Shown in pieces: positions 55,778 through 64,000 of a stretch of 64,000 bases of DNA. Under the pieces are notes generated by a model. It saw only the letters and a list, made by a program, of their open reading frames with translations, had not been told where the DNA came from and did not search any database. How positions within the stretch are numbered: position 1 is the first letter of the stretch; each line of letters begins with the position of its first letter. Source of the stretch: Seison nebaliae (taxonomy: Eukaryota); contig JALJEE010001852.1 of NCBI GenBank assembly GCA_023231475.1, positions 1 through 64,000 on the forward strand, in the 5' to 3' direction. The translations under genes were made by a program, and so were the position numbers.

Positions 55778-56943
55778 TTAAATTCGATTGGAAATTAATC
55801 CATTTTGACGATTTTGCACCGTGTATTCTTTGTGCCAATGGAACAAATCGAAAAGATGACCAGCCTTACTCCGATCGTAGTTACTGCGGGCTGAAGCGAA
55901 ACGTACTCTCGGCACATATGAATGAGCAACATTCGCTTTTCCATATTGATGGATCGTCTTATTCATTGCATCACCTTGATCCAATACGAAATTCGGTTTT
56001 CCCCATTCAGATACAGCTGGTGCTGGGGATGATTCCCTTTTTAATTTTCCATATGAATGTACCAGACGATTGATAGATGCGCCTTGGTGTTTCTCGAAAT
56101 TATTCCTGGCTTCTGGTTTCACTCGTCGGATAATGAGTGGAGATTGAAATTGTTCGTTATGTGGTTTTGGTGGATAATCGGAATTCCTCAATATATTCCT
56201 CATTGCACCACTATCTAAAATGAGCAAGAAAAAAAAGGGAATCAATTTTCAGTTACTAAATAAACTCTCAAATTGTTTTAATAATAAAGTTTTAGAAAGT
56301 TTCAATTTTAAAAGGAAAACACTTTTAGAAAGTTTCAATTATAGAAAAAATTTTTGAAAAGTTTCAAATTATTGAAGAAAAAATTTTTGGAAACTTTCAA
56401 AATGTTTAAAGGAATTTAAAAATTATTTTCGATGGACAGAAAAAATAAGAAATTAAAATTATTTATAACGTCTGTCATTCTGATAGTTATCGAGAGCGGC
56501 ATTCGTTCTTACGTTCGGCGGTTTAGGTGGTAGTCTCATGTTCAAGTTTGCTTTCTGATCGAAATATAATTTCATCGTTCCCCTCTTTGACCTTTCCATA
56601 AACTCAACACCTTTATATCTGACCTTTGGAGTTGGTGCTAAATTGCTAAAGAAATTTTATAAAGATTGATAAATATAAATAGAAATTGGAGAAAAACAGA
56701 AATGTAATGAAAGAATTTTGGAAAGAAATTTAACGCTAATTCCATTGATTCACTGTCATGAATGATGGGATTGCGAGAACGCAGTTCACAGGCAGATGCT
56801 GCTCGCCACATTCTATTGTTATTCGGATAATAAGAGAAACATTTGTTCTGTCTCCTAGTAATAGAGTCGAATGGAATTTTTCTTTTACTTTAAACTTGAA
56901 TATTTTCAGAATGAATCATTTTCAGACTACTTAACAACAACAT
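55778..56943 (-). CDS. Uncharacterised basic protein built from about 37 aa internal repeats; start uncertain
   Basis: Exons are joined by introns 56646-56734 (GTTAAA) and 56215-56469 (GTTATA). A P-x-V-[RK]...N...G-x-M motif recurs about five times. Confidence 0.6.
56290..56402. repeat. Degenerate tandem repeat with about 30 nt period inside an intron
   Basis: Four copies of a TTTTAGAAAGTTTCAATT-like core. Confidence 0.7.
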
Positions 56944-58241
56944 GAGTTGGTCGCATTCCGATGTTCGTCACCTGAATAAACATTTATTATTTTCTCAACA
57001 ACTTCTTTTTTTGTTTTTTCATTATATTATTGACTGTTTTTTTTCAAAAAAAAATCATAATTTCAAAAATTGTTGAAAGTTTTAAGCAGAAAACAGAATA
57101 GGAAATTGAAATAGAATATTTATTGAATTGGACGATTTTTAGGAAGAAGTTAAATAACTTGAAATTAGAGATAAGAATTAGAAAAAAATTTATAATTCTT
57201 ATTTTTCTACATTTACTTTGTTTCATTTTCGATTGTATGACCGTGTCTGTTTGAGGAACAAGAAGTAGAAATAGTTTAGATTGTTCATTCCAAATTATGA
57301 GAATATCTCACTAATCTCTCGGCGAACAATATAAAAGATATGATGAACATGAGTATGATGCCGAAGACTGCTGTTACAATTATTGCCATTCTGAAATTCG
57401 TTTTTATTCTATTGTTGACAATGGCGACGTTGACGGGAACAATAATTTGGAGTTTTATGCTGATCATATCGACATTCCGATTAATTTTCAAAGGTGATCA
57501 TACACTAGATATTCTCGGTCCTTAACACAAACATATAGAATAGGAGGAAGAAAAATAAAGTTAAAATTCTGATAAAAGATCATTTAATTTTTAAGTGTCA
57601 TCTATAAAAGTTTTGGGAGAGTTTCAATTCCATTTCAATTACATGAAAGTTTATTTATTCCTTCTCAATCGTCATTCTAATTTCAGTTATTTTACCTACA
57701 TACTAACCGTTTATCAGTTAGTTAAATAAATTGTATGATAGTTATTAATTTCAGTTGGTATATTGATCGAGCTGGGAATATATTGAATATTTTTGTAGGA
57801 AAATAATTATAATTATTCACTCATATTATTATTTAAGTTTATTTTATTATTTTATATATATTTTTAATTAAAGAAATGTAAATATATTGACTATTGGAGA
57901 AGAAGACGTAATATTTGACAGTTTATTTGCTCGTCTCTCATCGAGTAGATGAAGAGAAATTAATGGAATAATATAAATGAAATTAATAAGAAAAGTGAGG
58001 GAATTGTGGTTATGATTAGTTGATGGTGAGTAGTGAAATGAAAATGAGATTGATCTTTGAGATCGATATAAAAAGGATGAAAATAACAGAATTCTCTTGA
58101 TCGATTATAAAGAAGAAATGAGGAGTATTCGTTTAGAAATACAATTCATCACATGGCTGATAAGACGATCGGAGAGAGTGTGTCCAATTGTGTAAATTGT
58201 AAAATTCTATTAAACTTAAAGTGGTTCGTGAATGTTGATGA

Positions 58242-61200
58242 TCATTTCGTGGAAATTGTTGCAGCTGATGTATTGGGAATGGAATTATTGGCAGTAGTCG
58301 TTAAGACGGTTGGCGGTTCAATTGACGATTTGATATCATGAGTTAATATGAGATTAGTGGAAGATGTGAGAAGGGATTCCGTTCTGAAAGGTGTGGTCGT
58401 CGATAAAGGTTTCGATATGAGACGTTTCATATTATAAGAATTATATGAAATTTGTTTAGTGATGGAAATGTCTTCCTTTCTCATATCTATCATTATCGCT
58501 TCTTTCGATAATTTTGATTGTTTTTGATCATGTGCAAATTTTTGTATTGGAGCTGATTGTCGATATTTCATTTGTTCATCAATTATTGTTGTTGTTGTTG
58601 TGGTTGTTGATGATGATTTATTATTAATATTTGTTCCAAAAGATGATGATGATGAATTAAATGTCGTTCCGTCAGCCATTGTGGTATTAGTGAGGAGGGA
58701 ACGATTGATGATATTGCGGAGTGCTCGAATCCATTGAAATTTAATATCAATTGTTGACGCTTTAATGACACATCGATAGTCTAATGAATTCGGTTTAGTG
58801 TATGGAGCCCAAATGGCAAATTTACATTTGTCACCACCTTCAATATGTTCCGTTATACCGAGATCTTGTGTCAATAAATGATATTTATAAACATATCTCA
58901 ATTGTTGTGATTTCGAACTAATCGGTTCCGAATTATTCGTCCAATTCATTTGATTCGAAGACGACGAATTGTTATTGTTGTTGATTGTAGTATTGTTGTG
59001 GTTTGGAATTGTTGTGGATGAGGATGAAATAGATGAAATGGATGAATTGTGATCATTTGATGAATGTCGATTATTCGATGTATTTCCATCATCTAATGAC
59101 AAATCATGAATTGGGAGATCTTTCTCTCGAACTTCCTTCGCTATAATCAAACAAGAATCGAAAAGAAATAATCGTCTTTCTTTCGTACGTTTTGGTAATA
59201 ATATACTGGGAATTCGAGTACTTGTCGTTTTTGGATTATTATATGTATGTTGTTGTTGTTGTTGTTGTTGTTCGTCTTCTTTTGATCGATTTTCAAATTT
59301 CTCTTGATTGATGATGGATGTATTAGATGAATTGGATTGTTGAGAAGAATATTTATATTTATTTGTCGACTTTGAATGATTCATCGAATAATTATTCGTC
59401 GTTTCCCAAATGACGAAAGCTTCTTGCAAAATAACGTCATGGAGCATTTCTCTGATGAGATATTGATCGAAATGTGTCAAATAAGAGAAATGAATTGCAT
59501 CATTCGCTTTTCTTGGTACGTCCATCATCACTTTCAATCCTTCTTCAATTTCTGTTCCAATAAATGTTTCTTGATTATTCTCATCTTCTCCAATGTTCGA
59601 CTGATTGAGATTATTCAATGTAGTCGATTGTAAAGTTCCTGTTGTTGATGTTGACGATCCATTACCACTACCGCCACCACTACCACCACCAGCTGCTGAA
59701 GCTACATGTCTCAATTTAGAAATGATCATATCAGTCGTCGTCAATTTACTTTTCATAGAGAATGGAGTGAGAGCAGATGTCGTTGTAGTCGTTGTTGTTG
59801 TGGTAGTGTTGGTGATGGAATTGAATTGATTAGAGAGAGTGTTGGAATTGGTGGTTGTTGATTGGGAGGAGATGGAGAGAATGGATGGTTTAGGAAGTGA
59901 CGAACATTTCAATGATTTTCCAACATTCACTCGACACGTATTGAGCAGTTCACGTAGAAGTAATTGATATTTAGTTATCCGTTGAACCGGTTTGATTAAC
60001 ATGGAACTGATGGAATCATTTAATTCGAAATTGTGTTGAAGAGAAAGAAAAAAATCATTCAATTGATGATTAGCTTGAATGAGAGACATCGATTCAGTTT
60101 TCGTTCGACAATATTCCACGTACATTCGGAAATTATGTGACCAGGTAACGAAACAATGACCAACGTCCTCAGGAAATTTAGAATATTTATGAAGTTCCTG
60201 AAGGAAAGTTTTCTGATGGAAATCATAAATTTCTTGAAGATTACTAAATATTTCTTTATCCTTATTGAGGAGATATGGTGGAAGAGATGGTAATGACTTC
60301 ATTACATTCTCCATTTTTCCTTTACCGTTTTGATGGTCTCCATTAGACGCAGAACGATAATTAGCACAATAATAATCGAGACAAGTACGAAGATCTTTCA
60401 CATAAATCTCTTCAGTTGTCAACAATTCTTTAAAAATCATTTCTCGTCGACGATTCAATCGTTCATTCTCCGGATGTTCACAAGTGAACAAATATTGACA
60501 GACTTTTTTATTCGAAATTAATTCCGTTTGTCCATCTACCGATTCATTAAATGTCTCCTCCATTTTCTTCCATTTCTCCACATTACCATTGTTCATAGTA
60601 GTCGATTGAATGATGGATGAAACGATCGTTGATGATGACGTATTAAAATTTTTCGATTGATCATTTTCCGTCGAAATTCCGTTTGATGTCGACGTAGAAA
60701 CTGATGTGTTATTAGTTGTGGTGGCAATGGTGGTAGTAGTAGTAGTAGTGATTGGTGATCGAGAAAGAAGATTAATAATATTATTAATATCCTCATCATT
60801 CTGATCAGATGATGATGGATTATCATCGTCATATTCGAATAAAATCGAATTAATTCGTTGACCATAATTATGGAAACGAGAGAGAAATGCTCGATATGAT
60901 TTCAATAACATATCACTCAATTCACAAATATGTCTCCCATACAAATGTGGCGGTGGTTGTTGTTGTTGTTGTTGTTGATTATATTTCAAATTGTGTTCAA
61001 TTGAATCGCTAATTTGTCTCAATTCTTTCACGACGTTTGTCTGTTCAAATATTTTACATTTCAATTCGACGAGATGTCTACGAAGATTTTGAAGTGATTT
61101 CTCATGATTCGTTTTCTCATTATCAGCTAATTCATCGATCTTCTTCTGTTTATTGAGTGTGGCCACTAACATCGTCAATTGTTTACTACTAAAATATTCG

Positions 61201-62785
61201 TTTTCTTGTTGTTCTGTCCAATGCATGATCTGTTGAGCTGCACTGTCATAAACGACAAGATGGAGAAGATCTCGAAGTGAATGCATTTTTCGATTCCATA
61301 AGATGGAAAGATCGTCTTCTATCTTCTTTAATTTGAGACATTCGTCATCAATCGATTGAGTCCATTTCGATGACAACAATTTCCTCTCACTTAAATTCAA
61401 TGTGGTAATATTTAATGTGACACGTTCAATATATCGAAGACATGTGTCACTTAATCGTTTGATGAAATGAAATTTATTTCGAATTGTTTCCTTCTCTTCT
61501 TTCAATTCATCTAAATATTCATTCAATAATTTCTCTTTTTCTACACTCTCATTATCCTGATGATTCTGATTATCAGATAATCGATTCAATAACGATTTCT
61601 TCGCCTCCTCATTAATATGATGATACCAATCGAAATGATTTTGATTCATCGATTCATTAATCTTCTGGAAACATTTCAATTCAATCTCTTCCAACGACAA
61701 ATAGAATTGTGTAGTCGCTTCAAACATTTTATAACGATCATCAATGAGATGATAAATAATCTGCCATTGACGTCCCAATTCCACCAACTCCTCCTCCAAC
61801 AAACACTTCTCACGTCGCATCTGTTCATGTTGACAAGTGAAATCTGTTTTGAGATGTTGTTGTTGTTGACAATAGGCGAAATAGAGATGATTTAATCGCG
61901 TCTGCATCGAATGGAGAAGATGTTTCAATCGTTTCAATTCATTTAATAATGGTAAATTATCGTTGAAGAATCGTCGCGATTCATCAATAGTTCGTGGAAA
62001 TTGATATACTAATTGATTCTTCGTTGTTAATAACCATTGATCAATCGTCACTTTCTCATTCATCATTTGCTCTACACAAATACTATATTCCAAATGAAGA
62101 CGATGTGATCGAGTTAATCGATTTAAACGTTCCTCTTCTTTCTGAAGACGATGAATCACTTCTTTTACATATATATGTGCTGCCATATCCTTCCACGATA
62201 ACCGTCGTGATTGATAATGAAATTTCGATTGTAAATCTTGATTAGATATTTGATAATTCTGTTGTTGTTGTTGTTGTTGTTGTTGTTGTCGATGGAAAAT
62301 GGGAATTTTTAATAAATTATTCGAATCTTTTTTCATGTGTGTGTAAAGCCAATTGTAAGCGGATAATGAGATTGGTAGACGGATGGATGAACGAATAATT
62401 GTCAATCGTTCAAGATCAATCGATTGAATCATTGATGAATTCAATAGTTGACCATCTTTCAATAAGTTGAGTGGATCATTTAACAGAAGGAAATTTAATG
62501 AAATTTTCGATCGAAACGAATTCCACAACGACATGTCGTCATTGATGGTGAACAAATATTTATCAATCGGGGACGACAACATCGAATCATTATTCATCGA
62601 ATGATGGTGAGGAGATGGTTCTGATGGTTTTTGATTTGAGATATTCGATAATAATTGATTATCTATCGTCTTCATCGTCGTCGTCACATTCTCCGTCATC
62701 GAACTATTCGTTGTAATTGTTAAAATATAATTCTTTCCATTTGGTGGCAACGAATCATTTGTTGTTGTTGTTGTTGTTGTTGTTG

Positions 62786-62818
<33 letters not shown>

Positions 62819-64000
62819 ATGTTGATGGAATTTTCATTTTTTCATATTCATTCGATGAAATACTGATAGAAGAATCGGCATCACTAATAACAGAATGACG
62901 ATAGAGATGATGAGATTCATCATTGTTGTTATTGTTGTTGTTCGTATTTTCGTGACGTGATTGAAATGAATTATTTTTCAATTTTAACAATTGTTCTAAT
63001 GGTTCGCGGAAACGATGAAAAACGAATTTTAACGGAAATTTTCTTTTCGATTCAATATCATTCAATAATTCTTCTTCATTGAAACTGACAATGAAGATGA
63101 TGGTAGAGACGATGGTATTGATATGTGACATGACGGTTGACGACGCCATAAATATATTTAACATCATCTTCTTTATCTCATTTTCGATAAGTGAGAGATG
63201 TTGAAGAATTTCACTATTCTTCTCTCCCATCAACTTCCTCTCACAATGAGCGAGAAAATCTGTCGTCGTTTTCTCCGTTTGTCGTTGTTGTTGTTGCTGT
63301 TGTTGATATGAGAGAGAATTGAGACAATCATTCCATGTGAAGAAATTAGTGAGGAGTTTCGTTATCGACATTTCCAATTCACGAATAAGAAGAATTAATT
63401 GAATTCTCGATAATTTTAATTTGAGTGATGGTTGAAGAATATAATATGCTAATTGTAATTGTTTCAAATCATATCGAATTTTCTCTAATGTACATTCATC
63501 ATTTGTCGTATCGGAAATCATTTGTATGAAGGAATGACCTTCCTCAATTGTACGAGAGAATCCATCATTAATCTCGTTCATATCATGAAGGAACAATTCA
63601 AATAATTCTTTCGCAACATCCACATCCAGAACCGTCACATCTAATTGAGGAAATTGGAGATCATCCAAATCATTCAACCATGAATGAAGTTCCTGCGAAT
63701 GAGTATGATATGTCAATGACAATGTCAATGATTGATGTCTTCGATCAACTTTGAAGATAAATGATCGAATTAATTCTCTCAATTCATTCGCTTTCTTTTC
63801 AATGATACGAACAGCAAAATTGAAAACATTCGAATTCTCATTCTTTTGAATGAAACTTCCACCATTCTTCTTCTCATTCGAAGTGGTAGTGGTAGTGGTA
63901 GTGGTGGTGGTGGTGTTGATGATGGTGGAAAAATTATCATTTCCATTCGTATTCATTAATGATTGTATGTTTGATAATGATGATGATGATGATGATGAAA
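58242..64000 (-). CDS. Trio/Kalirin-like RhoGEF (spectrin-like repeats, DH-PH); probably 5' truncated by the window edge
   Basis: DH motifs ELLTTEEIYVKDL, PEDVGHCFVTW and LIKPVQRITKYQLLLRELL; PH motifs ERRLFLFD and LGITEHIEGGDKCKFAIW. The frame stays open upstream of the ATG at 63956 to the window end. Confidence 0.88.

Noticed and set aside
57285..57525. Short hydrophobic ORFs on both strands
   Set aside because: No start context, no consistent splice partner and no recognisable homology.

Overview
AT-rich, gene-dense eukaryotic DNA. The gene content (C1q-domain protein, Trio-like GEF, CREB-like bZIP, GAS8) indicates a ciliated animal with a compact genome, mostly 41-57 nt introns and many poly-N/Q/T/S/H tracts; the species cannot be identified from this window. 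I reconstructed about 21 protein-coding genes by hand: RNMT, CREB-like, ATP6V0B, LITAF, a MARVEL protein, importin-4-like, a C1q-domain protein, pICln-like, GAS8, YKT6, TFB1M, PITP, RASL10-like, an atypical DUSP, WDR48-like, DDX11-like, Trio/Kalirin-like and several unknowns. There is also one U1 snRNA gene and a foldback-like repeat element. Main finding: the U1 snRNA 5' arm reads AUACUAACCUGG instead of the near-universal AUACUUACCUGG (U6-to-A), so it is complementary to GUUAGU rather than GUAAGU. Matching this, 36 of the 39 introns I could place in recognisable genes begin GTT and none begins GTAAG. This points to a rewired 5' splice-site code with a compensatory U1 change. Other points: a C1q gene nested antisense in a 3.47 kb importin intron whose donor is the exact match GTTAGTA, and a CRE cluster upstream of the CREB-like gene. 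All intron boundaries are manual inferences without transcript data.
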